From Gnetum montanum (Eukaryota; Plantae; Gnetophyta): a stretch of 64,000 bases of DNA. A program made the position numbers and the translations under genes. Shown one piece after another: positions 38,091 through 51,000 of this stretch; the stretch's first letter is position 1, and every line of letters begins with the position of its first letter. Below the pieces are notes generated by a model. It worked only from the letters and a program-made list of their open reading frames with translations, did not search any database and had not been told where the DNA came from. Location of the stretch: positions 744,439-808,438 of the forward strand of contig MNCI01002485.1 in assembly GCA_015680685.1 (NCBI GenBank), in the 5' to 3' direction.

Positions 38091-41000
38091 TGACTGAGAT
38101 ATCGTAGATTCTACATTACATCTATGTTGTAGCATACTCGTCGACACATGGGATGATGTGTCAATGCATATGCATTGAAACATATGCATCGATGCAATGT
38201 ATACCTCTACCTATAAATATGTTTTCTCCCACAACATATTTTACATTCTTTTGTCCATAGAGTACCTGAAGCCTTGTATTTTTATTTTGTAGTCTTAGAG
38301 AATAGTCGGTGAGTGCCTGTAGTGAAAATATGAGTTAATTGTATGGTGTCTTATTCAAGTGGCAATGTACCTTAACATATTCCATGCATGGAAATAAGAT
38401 TAAAATTGATTCTTATTCATTGAACCACTTTGACTTAGATTAAATTTAATTTCCATGCAATTTTAAGTTCATGTGCTTAGTTAATGTTTACATTTTCATG
38501 CATGTTAATCAATTTGTGGAATGAGCACGACTAGTTTCAAGCATAAACATGTATTCACTTGGTAATCCTAGTAGTGTTATTGCTTGGTTCACCTACTAGT
38601 GTAGCACTTGGTAATCCTAGTAGTGTTATTGCTTGGTTCACCTACTAGTATAGCGCTTGCTAATCCCAGTAGTGGATATATGGGTTTAAGAGATGTACAA
38701 CAAGTTCAGAATGGACACTCATTATCCATAGGCTAGTTTAGAATTTACTTTCTCTTCTTAATAAAATTAAATAGTTAATTTCTCTATTGTTATTAGGAGT
38801 AGCATAAATCCAAAATAACATCAACAATCATATGCGTCACTTTGGACTAAATCATATGTGACAAAGCTACCACTAGTTTAAGTGGGAAGATAGTGAACTG
38901 TGATCAATGCTTAATGATCTAGATGCACAACTAGTCCCATGCATAGAGTTCCACTAGATCATGCATGAACACTTATGATTCATATGGTTGGATGTATGGG
39001 TTACCCATCACTCATCATTGGCACCATTGCTAGGGACATTGCTAGTTATCTAGATTAGTTGTATCATAGACAATCACTGTAAAAGTGTTAATGATTTATC
39101 TTTTAGAAAATGTTAAAATTTGAAAGTCACACACATTAAAACCATGTCTTCTTCACATAGGATCAAGTATGATGAGAACACTCATAGGACCTCAACTAGG
39201 ATTGGAGTGAACAACCTCAGCTAGGATTTTCATACGCTCATTTTCATCCTTACTACACTCAAGGACTATGTTCAACTGGTACAGATAATTCTAGAGGAGA
39301 TGGAGAAAGTCCTAGAATAAGAAGGACCTCAAGGTCTAGGACCTCCTCCAAACCTAGAAGAGATACATCAAGGAACCATGGGGGAAGATATAGGAGCCAT
39401 GGAAATTCTCCTAGTTCCTCATCTTCCTCTTCCTCTTCAACATCTACTTTTGATGAAGATGAACATAGGTATAGAAATAGAGATCCACTATGGGGTCAAG
39501 ATAAAGATAGAAATTAAACCCAAGATCAAAATAAAAGACATCAAAATGAGCATAGACAAGATCATCACAATTAGATAAATAGAAATATAGATTATCACCA
39601 TGATGTGTCTGGTATAGATGAACCCTTGTTGGCTACTAGGGGCCTGACATAGATTAGGGAGGTAATTCAAATATCCCAAAGGCATTAAAAGGATAGTTGC
39701 ATCAAATGGATTGATATGGAAAACATTCCTAAATATAGGGAAGGTTACAATTCTAACCCACAACATCATTTACAAGCCTTCCATGATGCCTGCATCTTGC
39801 AAAACATTAAACACAGGTGGCAAAAGCTTAAGCTCTTTCCTAGGATACTAATAGATGAAGATAAAATTTTGTACAGATCATTGGAACTAGATTCCATTCA
39901 TCAATGGTTCACAATGTCAAAGATCTTCAACAAAAAGTACTAAACCTATGCAAGAGTATCTAACCTAAGAAAAAAAATCCAAGAGTGGAAGCAAGAAAAT
40001 CATGAATCCTTGGATGTGGCCTTGGATAGATACTATTTTCTACTACATAGATGTCTAGGCCATGATTTATCTCAAAACAATCAACTTTTCCACATCATAG
40101 ATGAGTTTCATAATCAAAAAAAGGGAGACCCTTAGGAGTTATGCCCAAGGTTGGTTAGACAAACTGAAAGCCCATCAGATACAAAGGCTAGTCAAGTGGG
40201 TGGAAAAAGAAGAAGGAGAGCTATGTAAATGAGAAAATGTAGAGGAATATATCTAGGACCCAACTCTTTAAAAGAAGAAGATTCATATCTATGATGAGGA
40301 AAATAAGGCAGCTCTTGATAAGGTGATCTCACAAAAAACCTTGCTAATAAAAAATTCTATCGATGAGCTTGAAGCAAGGCTAGATAAGATTGGGAATTGA
40401 TGAACAACAAAGTCACAACCTATGTACAAATCATAGACGAGAGAGTAACTTAAAAGGACTCAAGTGATTAAAATAAGAAGAGGAAAAGGACCCAAGAAAC
40501 AAGTAGGAACACTTATCAGAAGAAAGGGAAAATGGCTATAGATGATGAGGCTACAAACTCAACTACAAAAGAGGATGACAGATGTTACATTATCGAAAGG
40601 GCTATTTCCTAGTCATGTTACATCTACATGAGTATTGGGATTTTTCTTTGAATCTCAAGTTTGTACAAAACCAAATGCCTAGGGAATTACCTTATTCACA
40701 AGGTAATTATTGATAGTCCTACAATGAACCATAATCTACTAGTGGGACTTCTTATTAGCCTCAAAAATACTATCAATCATAGTGGAAAAACCCACAATTG
40801 TGCAAGAGGCCATCATCAAACCAACACTACCCTTATTGCCAGCCAAACCCATATTGATATTATGTTCAACAACCTATTTTTCCAATTGGTTCTACTTCCG
40901 CTACCTCAAATCACAACTAACACTCCCTTGAATATGATCAACCTACAACATCTTCTATGGGGTCACCACCTCAAGCCTCTCATCCTCCATCATATCCTCA

Positions 41001-44000
41001 ATATTCTCATACTTCCCTCCACCATATGTCACCATCAACAATAGAGGAAGGTTTAATGCTACAACATTAATGAGAATTCCACCTATGCTATGAACATATA
41101 CAAAAATGATAATGCTAGTAGATCTCAGTGACAACCTTGGAAACATCTTTTCTTTAGGGTAGTTTTCTCACAGAAGCACACAACTTGTAGGCTTGCTAGT
41201 GCATTGAAACCTGCACAAGGCCTATTTGGTGCAACAGCCTTCCCCTTTAGAACAATGCCTCATAATCATACGCAAAAGCCAATAACCATCACCACTCAAA
41301 CATAGGATGTAAAAGATGAACCTATCATTGTGAAGAGATAGAAAGCTCCATGAATCATCAATAATGCTAAAGGATGTAGTTGTGGGCTAGAAATTCAAAA
41401 TATTAACACAACCCCCATACCAACCCACCATAATGTTAAGGACCAGGTGTGTGAGTAGAACTAAGTCTATATAGTAGCCACTAAACTAGAAGACACCTAG
41501 TGACTTGGAAATGAGAATATAAAACTATTTGAAAGATGCATGAAACCCTCTAATCTACTTATTAGTTCTAGACTTAAGAAAATAGACCAAACAGAGGACT
41601 TAGACATAGACATCTTACACTTTGATTATACACTGAAAAAGGATATTAAACATGAAGACTTGGGAATTAAAACAAAAAACCAAGAAGAAAAAGCAAACAC
41701 ATCTAGATCCTCTAGAATAGAAATACCTTCAAGTCCCAAATGAAGATGCATCTCCGAATGATCCAAACGAGACTATCACTAATGTTAGATGTGCTATCAC
41801 ATGATTAATTAAATCAGTAACAATGATAAATGAAAAATAGGTGTATAACAAAGGGATTATGTGGTCCATCTCCTAAATGTGTAGCCATAAGATTAGTCAT
41901 GGGGGAGATGCTTCATCTTGGTTCAAAAACTAATGAGTATGTTTTACCTTTTTGTTTTACAATTTTTTTATCATTTTCGTATTTATTTCCATATTTTTAA
42001 TTCTTAATATGTTTCCCATTTCTTGTTATTTTTCTTTTATTTATAATTTTTTCTCTTGAGTCATTTTCTTTATGTTGTATGAATGTCTTTTATGTTTTTG
42101 TTAATAATGTTGCTAGTCATGATGCAGAAATCAACGCTTATGTTGGGTTTTTGTGCTATGCTATCAAGATGCTTGGGTAAGTAATTGTGTAGAGCTATGC
42201 AACCACCTCATCCATCCTCCAATTCTCTAAATAAAAACTCTTTTTGTTATGAAAACAATTTGGTTTTTCTTTGATGAAACTAAAATCAATCTATGATCAT
42301 TGTACCTTGAAGAAAGGGAAAATGACCAAGTGGGAATGGCAAGGGTGTGACCTCAAGGGGACTTGTTGGGTTCTCTTCTTGACTTCTTTTATGTGGTTTA
42401 TGATTCTTCAAGGAACGTATCATCACTCCTACATTGATCAATAAATAGGAATCTATGTCTTTACATGGTGTAGTTCCCATTTCCAAAAATAACAAAAAAA
42501 AAGGAAAAAAAAATTAATGGGAATTCAAAGCACAACCCTTAGACACAATAATGGGCTACAAGCATTGGTTATGGGCTAGAAAGACATGTTACCCATGTTA
42601 GAAGGCTCCCCTCTATCAAAGGCCCTTCCTTCTTTCTTCTCTTTTCTTCTATTTTTGGAGTGATGATTGTTCTTTGTGATGGTTGTGGACTCATGATGAT
42701 TAGTAAAAAGGAATACATCAATGTGAGATCACTTTTAGTGGTATGGACTTGATTTCAAACTTGGAAAGATAGGTATGCATATCATTTTAATCAGATTTGA
42801 CACAAGAGCCTATCATGAACATGGTATAACACCTTACATCCTAGTCTCTACAATTTCTTCTCATCCCATTATTCACCTCACTACGACATGTGATTATGAG
42901 CATTTTGGTTTTATGTAGTATAGTGCAAAATACAAACCAAGGTAGTTATGTGTTGTTCAAAATAAATACATGATCTACATTTAAATTCTAAGGTATCACA
43001 AACATCTTCAAAATTGGTTATGCAAGGGCATTATGGTAGGAGCTTTCTTTGGGAGGGACCCACTTGCATAAATTTTGTTGATCATGGCTTTGAACTAACC
43101 TTCACATCTTCTAGAATATCATTGAAGGTTTCTTTGAATTTATGCATGATTTTGGAACTACTCATCATCTATTATAAATATTTTTTCCTATTTTTCTATT
43201 CAAATCTCCTTCAAATACAAATTTGCCATCTTTTGAATTAGACCTTTGGTTTTCATTGTTTGAAAACTTGTGCACTTCTAGAGTTACACTTATTAGTCAT
43301 GGGGACTAGAGATGTCCACTTTGAAATTTTTCTAACCTCTTATTTTCAAACATTGTGGTAACTAATAGTAATTGATCAAAATAATATGAACAACTTGATT
43401 TTAGTTACCTCATAGCCTTGGCCATAGTACACTATGATCATCTTGTGCTTAAATGCAAACTATGGGATCTAAAGAGGGTTAATTATTAAGGAAAATTTAC
43501 CAAAACTAATGTTGATCCTTTGGTGATTACAAGTGATGCTAAAAGAAATGCCTAAGGAAGAAGATATTTTCCCAGACACAAAAATGAAGCTAAGAAAGGG
43601 ACAAAGGAGTGTATGTCCATGGACAAATAGTACTACATAGAGGAATTACAGCTCAAACATCACATGTTTGCTAGATCCATGGGACAATGAGAAGAAATTT
43701 TAGTCCATCTTTTAAGAATTTTTTGCATAAAAAATAGAAGTATCAACATAATAATCAAGGTTGGAACTTTTCCACTACTAGTGACAACCAAAAGAATAAT
43801 CTTTAGTCAATTTTAAAGACATCTACAAATTTTGTAATCTTCAATATCTATCCAGTCTTTTTATCATTTTGTCATTTTGTCTACAATTTTACTTTTCATG
43901 CAGTTTTGTGTTCATGTACTTAGTTAATATTTACATTTCCATGCACATGAATCAATTGGCAAAATGAGAGACACAAGTTTAGCGTGTAAACACATATTTG

Positions 44001-44222
44001 CTTGGTAATCCTAGAAGTGTTATTACTTGATTCACCCAATAGCATAGTGCTTTGTAATCCTAGTAGTGGATACGTGGGTTTAGGATGTGTATGGAAAGCT
44101 GAGAATAGATACTCATTGCCTGTAGGCTAGTTTAGACTTTACTTTCCATTGTTAATTAGATTAAATAATTAATTTTTCTATTACTGTTAGGAGTAGTATA
44201 AAGCCAAAACAACATCAACAAC
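38091..44222 (+). mobile_element. Second, older copy of the pol-less gag family; protease core largely lost; 3' LTR truncated
   Basis: 5' LTR ends cactcatca at 39017. PBS tggcaccattgctaggga at 39019-39036. gag MENIPKYREGYNSNPQHHLQAFHDAC..KLKLFPRIL at 39716-39943. 43890-44222 is homologous to 38450-38828. No RT or INT motifs. The left boundary is approximate. Confidence 0.8.
39716..40800 (+). pseudogene. gag: gag remnant
   Basis: ORF 39716-39943 and downstream fragments are collinear with the gag at 21770-22770. Confidence 0.85.
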
Positions 44223-44240
44223 TTCTAAATCCCAATATCA

Positions 44241-47200
44241 ATCCAATCCACAACTTCTAAGTAGATCTAGCTTAGAAGATAAGAATAACAAAATAAAATT
44301 GAAAAAATCTCCCTTAGATTAAGATAATTCTCAAAATACATAGAAAATACATCAAAGATAAAGAGCCAAGCTTAACTCACAACTCTTTCAAGGATCTTAG
44401 AGGTGACACTTGTCCTTTCTTAATCTTGAATTGCTCATAATAAAGCCCAAGCTTAAGAAAATACACTTATAAGAGATTCTCCTAACCTCTTTCAAGTGCT
44501 CTACATTGGCTCTCACTCAACTTTCTTGCACAAGCTATCTTCTTGCAAAAGCTATCCTCCTTCAAGAGCTCTCTCTCTTACCCTTTGTTGGGATGTTTGG
44601 ACTTTGGTGTTTGGCACTTTGGCCATTGGCACTATGGCACTTGGAATTGTAGCACTTGGCACTTACAATGGAAAATTACATCAATATTTATAAGTAACTA
44701 GAAGATGAAATCTTTAGAAACCTTTTCTCAACACAACTTGAGATTCTTGACACTCTTCTCATATTCTCCTTGGTATTTCCATCTTTCTTTGGTTGTTTCC
44801 TAAATTGAAATGGGTGTTTTCAAAATTTTTCCAATGCATCTAGGTCATCTGTAGCTTCATGTAGATGTCTCTTGTGAAAGCTCTACTCCCAGGAGAGACA
44901 TCTACTATTTTTTATAGACATCTTCTAGGGACTTGAGATGTATTTACTTCAAGGGAGATGTCTCTAGAAAGACACTTATCTTTTTGGGGAGACATCTCTT
45001 TTAAATGTGCCAAAAATAAAAGTGCTTCTTTTGATGCCAAGAGCCTTTGGATGCCTTCCAAAAAGTTCCCATAAATCCTAGAATATCATAAAGTCATCAA
45101 GTAAGCCAAAAAGACCTTCAAACATGCCAAAACATCCAGGAATTATCCTCAACAAAATTAACAAAAAAAACATAGAATGTAGGGTAGACCAAGGGGATCA
45201 AAAGAAGTATCCCTACACTAGCTCTCCCACCCTTAAAAATGTCATACTTAATGACCTTTCACAAGCTAGAAGGCACCATTCCCCCATGACTCAAGGCCAT
45301 CACAATAATCATGACCCAATGCATTACAAATATGTGAATAAATATCATTGGAGGTTTTGGTTTTGAGCTTCCCTTACTCATGGGGGCTTGTCCTCATGCC
45401 TCATCATGCTTCCTTTATTTGAGTATCTCCTTGGAATGCTTCCCTTGAATCTCCTTAATGACTCAAACCTGCAATAAATAAAGAATAAGAAAAAAAAAAT
45501 GATTAGGCTTTCTTAATCCAACATCCTTTCTTTGCTTCTTCTTCCTCTTCTTCACCTTCTTCTTCTTAGTGTTTGGAAGACTAGTAATTAGTTTCCTTTC
45601 ATCACCACCATGTAGATTGCCTTCATGCTACACTTCCATTTTATAGCCAAGACAATCAAATCCATCATCACACTTCATAAATTTATCATTACTATAATCA
45701 ATAGCAATCATATTCAAATTCTAAAAAATCATATCATTATCAATGTCTTCACTCACATCAATAACGACCTTCTCACAATGACTATTTCAATAGCCATCAT
45801 CATCAAACAATTTACCATTATTAGTCTTCCTCTTATAACAATGGCATCAAAATTCATATGAATCCCAATATTGTCAAAATCACTACAATGATCATGATGC
45901 TCATAATTACCATGGAACAAACCACTACTAATTTGAAGTGAAAAACTAGCATCCATTACACTAGCTTCAACATGAGAGACATTGCTACCATCAACAAGGC
46001 CAAGCTCACTCTTACTTACCTCTTCATGGCTTCTCTCATCCATCTTTGGTTCAACTTGATCTTCAATATGTGGTTGTCCAATCTCATGAAAGCTTGAAGG
46101 TTTAAGATTTCAAATAGAAGTTCCAAATTCCAATTGAAAACAACAAGCTCTTCATCCCACTTTGGAGGTACCAATTGAAAAGGTAAACTCTCCTCCATAG
46201 TTTTAACATTATTTTTATCAAAAACATCATTAAAGCAATTATTCTTCCACATAACGTTGCTAGAAGACTCAGCTCTCTCCCATGAGATAGTCTCAACTTG
46301 ACTTAGAATCTGCTTTCCCTTGCCACAAGGTATAGAAAAATTTCCAGAAGAATGAGTATCATACCTTCTAGTGTTTCCCTTGATCCTCCTTTAATAATTC
46401 CATTGATCTTTGCCACTCCTTTTAATTTGATCCTTCACCTCCCATGACTTATGAGGTAAGAACTCTCCTGAATTAGCAGCACATACCATCTTATCCTTTG
46501 AAGATCTCTTGGTCCCTTTTATGAAGCTCTTGGTTCCCTCCCTTGAAACCCTTGAGTATTAAGCACTCCTTTGTTCAATAAGAGATACTTGAGAACTCCT
46601 TTTCTCATTGATATCTACTTCATCAAACCTTTCATCTTCCTTTCCTTCTTGATTGCTAGAAGATATTCTATCAATTCTCCTCAAAATATTTTTCATGTTA
46701 GTCTTGAATTTCTCCATGTTCCTTTCTAAAGTTTTTGCAAAATCTTGGTGCTTGTGGGTCTTTACTTTGGGAAGAACTTACATTTTAGCCACAAAATATT
46801 TAAAGAAGTCCTTAAACTCTTGAAGCTCTTGTCTAAGATCTTGATACGTCTTCTTCTTTAGAGCCATACCTAGAGCAACAAGAATGATATCCAAAATAAA
46901 ATATAAAAATATCCACAATAATGTTCCTTTCATTCAAGAAAAACACCAAGCTTCAACATATAAGTGCGGAAACCTTCATACCTTCACTCTGATACCAATT
47001 TGGTGCAAGGGTTACACCTTGATAAACCTTAATAGGATCCAATCCACAACTTCTAGGAAGATCTAGCTTAGAAAATAAGAATAACATAATAAAATGGAGA
47101 AAATCTCCCTTATATTAAGATAATTCTTAAAATACATAGAAAACACATCAAAGATGAGGAGCCAAGCTTAACTCACAACTCTTCCAAGGATCTTAGAGCC

Positions 47201-48030
47201 CACACTTTTCCTCTCTTAATCCTTAGTTTCTTACAATGCAGCCCAATCTCAAGACAAGACACTTATTAAAGATTCTCCTAACCTCTCTCAAGTGCTCACT
47301 CTTGCATCTCACTCAACTTCCTTACACAAGCTCTCTTCTTGCACAAGCTCTCCTCCCTCAAGAGCTCTCTCTGTTACCCTCTATTGTGATGTTTGACATT
47401 TAACATTTGGCACTTCGGCCATTGGCATTATAGTGCTTGGCACTATAATACTTAGCACTTACAATGGTGAATTACATCAATATTTATAAGCACTTGTAAG
47501 ATGAAAATCCTAAAAACATTTCCCCAACTCAACCTTAGGTTCTTTAGATGTTTCCAAAATCTTCTCACCTTCTTCCTAGGTATTTCCATATTGCTTTGGC
47601 TATTTCCTAAATTGGAAAAGGCATTTTTAGAAGTTTCCCCATGTGTCTTAGTTGACTTTGGCTTCATGTAGACATCTCCTATGAAAGCTCTACTCATAGG
47701 AGATATATCTACTATTTTTGGTAGATGTCCTATATGGACTTGAGACATATTTACTTCAAGGGAGGTGTATTTATAAAGACATATATGTTTTTTGGGGAGA
47801 TGTCTAGTCTGAAGATGCCAAAAATAAAAGTGTTTCATTTGATGTTGGGAGCCTCTAGATGCCTTCCAACAAGTCCCCATACATCCTGGAACCTCCTAAA
47901 CTCATCAAAGTAAATTGAAAACACCTCCAGACATGCCAAAACATCCAAGAATCATCCTCAAAAAAATCAACAAAAAAACACATAGAATGTAGGATAGAAC
48001 AAGGGGATTGGAAGAGGTGTTCCTACACCA
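44241..48030 (-). mobile_element. Small non-autonomous LTR element (~1-kb LTRs, 1.78-kb internal region), tRNA-iMet primed
   Basis: 5' LTR 47001-48030 with TGGTG..CACCA ends. 3' LTR 44241-45220 lacks ~36 bp at its outer end. PBS TGGTATCAGAG at 46987-46997 (-). PPT aagggtgggagagc at 45221-45234 (-). Only a decayed ORF (MALKKKTYQDLRQELQEF..) inside, with no pol motifs. Confidence 0.9.
46987..46997 (-). promoter_or_regulatory. Primer binding site, tRNA-iMet
   Basis: ctctgatacca is the reverse complement of TGGTATCAGAG, 3 nt from the LTR. Confidence 0.9.
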
Positions 48031-51000
48031 AGTAAATTGATTGAAAAAATTTCTACTTAGAACCATACACGCCATGCAAGAGAAGGTAATTAACTTGCTT
48101 GGCCTCATTATTGAATTGAGGTGCTAGACCCTGATTTTGAAATAGGTTCACCACATCTTAGTTAGGACATTGTACTCCTTACAGTCCACTTCATCACACT
48201 ATTGAACCCACTCTTTTTTAGCTTTTCGGCCCACTTGAGTAGATATATCTCCTATCTTTACCCTAATGTTGGGTAATTTGAGGACATCTACTATTGCTTC
48301 AACCAAATAAGAGATGGTGATCTCTTTGATTTTAACAATTGCATCTTCTTGTTAGTTGTTCCAAAATAAATAGACTTTCCCCATGTACCATTTTACACTG
48401 GTGGAGAGAATTTGCTATAGTGGAGATCCTTGTGAATATGTTCTAACTTCCTCTAGTGCAAGCTTTAGGAAAGATCAAAAATTCAATTCTTGTAGAATGG
48501 AACTCTTAATTTCCTTGGTGCAAACCTTCTCCAAGAAGGCCTTTGTGAGCACAATAAGATTGGATCATGGTCTTGGAACCTCATCCTACTTGGATTTCCC
48601 TATTTTGACTATGGAAATCTAGTAGATAGATTCCACCTCAAGCACTCATGTAGAGGCTTAGTAGCATAGGTGGCCTTGAATGCTTACTCTTGGGGTTGGT
48701 GTTTGTTGTTGTCCCCTTCCACCATGTGGTCATTACTTCCTAGCCTATGATTGTTATTCCACCTATGATCCTCATTTATATGCCATCTATAATCACAAAT
48801 AGAATTCAATGTTAGTCATTTAGATATAATCTTATTTTATTTTGATACCTTTCTTGGTATGGTTGAGTTCACATTTATTGGTCAACAATTGGAATTTTAG
48901 TATTAAGTTCTCATTTAGTGATCATAGGTGTATGATATTATTTTATTATTATTTAGTTATGATTTATTAGAGGTTGCATGTTGATATTAACACTTATGAT
49001 TATTAAATTAATATTATTTTAATATCTTATTCATGGACTATTAGAAAATGTTTTGAAAACTTTTCTATGAAAATGTAGTGTTTGATACCCCACGATGTAA
49101 AGTGTACCTCTAGTAGCTTGAGAATTGAAGAATGGGTTAAAAAAAATAAACGGTTATCAAGTTAGGGCTCTTAGAAGCCTTTGGGCTCTAAAAAATTATA
49201 AAAAATCCTCATGTGTTTGGAAGAAAATGTGAAAAATGAGCTAAGTGTCATGAGTATTTATACAATATTTATGTCACATCGATAGGGATGCATTCACAGG
49301 ACTACAGTCAGGCTGCATTGACATGGGTACACCAATGTAGCTATTCGTAGGTACTTTTCAACTTAATATATTAAGAAATTTTGAATTTCTTTGGAGTTGA
49401 AATAAGAAACAAATGGGAACCCAAAACTTTGGAAATCATGGTAGCACAAAATTAAGTGTAGGGTTCAAGAAATTGGAGCAATGTAATTATGTGAAATGAG
49501 TAATTGGAAGTGTTTCTTATGAATTGGATGATGCAAGCTATTGAGAAGATTGATATTATAATGAGGTCCAAGGTTAAGGGGTTGAAATTGAAGTAAATAA
49601 AAAGATATGCAAGCGGATCCTCCCTAAAGCAAGCTTATTCCTAATATGACCATGCATAACCTCATCGCAAGAAATCCATATGCAAGTTGAATGGTAAATG
49701 GTTATTCAAGTTAAATACCATACACATGTGAGGGATTATCCTAGGATTATGAAAACTATAAAACAAAACTATTAATTGACCATGACATGAGACAATGAGG
49801 TGAAAGACAATGGAGTGAAAGAATGGTAGATGAAAAATATGCATCATGGTTGCATGGGAGCCTTAACAAAATTTATGATTAGATGATTCAATATCAGTCT
49901 ATTCTGAGTTTAGACCAAGTCAATTCTAATAATAGTGATCTTGAATTGATGTATTCCTTCTCTTCTACCATCATGAGCCTATAACATCCACAAAGGACAA
50001 CCACCACTCCAAGAAAAAAGAAAAGAGAAAAAGAAAGTAACTAGGGCCTAAGTTAGAGGGGTGCCTTTAGGAATGGGTAACATGTCTTTCCAACCTCATA
50101 ACTAATTCTTATAGCCCAAGGGATTGTTGAAGATGCATGCTTTAAATTCTCACTATTGTTGTTGTTATTTTTTTAGAAGGAACCACACCCTACACAAACA
50201 TTCTTCCTTTTATGGTTGATAGTAAGAGTAATGATATACCTATGAGAGGCCATAGAACTTAAGAAGGAACTTAAAAAAAGAATACAAATAATCTCCTTGA
50301 GATCATATCCTTTTTTATTCCTACATGTTTATTTCCCAGCTCATTGGGTAAATAAGTCATATGTTACTTCTAGTTTTGATGTGAAAGAGTCTTCATGATT
50401 CCAAAATGTAGAACTTCACATGAGATAAATGGAATGGGTGGATTCCATGAACCCACCACTTGATACCACAAAATATCAACAGACTATTAGTAGAGAGGAT
50501 AAGAAAAATAAAAAGTTGACCTTGATTATTAAATCATAACCTTGATATCTATGTTCAATAATTTCCAAAATTCACAGTAGTAATGAACTAAAATTGAATA
50601 CTTCAAGTAAGATTAAATGAAAATAATAAGAAAAGGAAAATATATAGAATAATTAGTAAAATATAAAGAAAATGGAAAACATATAAAAAATGTTGCAAAA
50701 CAAAAAAAAGAAGAAATCCTACTTTTTATCCTCATCAAGATGTTGTGGTAGATGGATATCTCCCCAGTGACTAAGTTGGAAGGAGGAGATTCAAAAAATG
50801 TAGTGAGCTTATTCTTGATCAAAGATAGCATTGCAACTAGTTGCTTGAAAGTCCATGAATGGTTTAAGTTATTGGATGTTGACTAGCATGTGCTTCTAAG
50901 GACTTATTAAATGGTAAACTATCATAGCCCAAAATGAAAAATTTGAGTGTATGATGTAAGGTCCTTCTCATAGTATCTAGAACTTAGTTCATTGTAGTAC

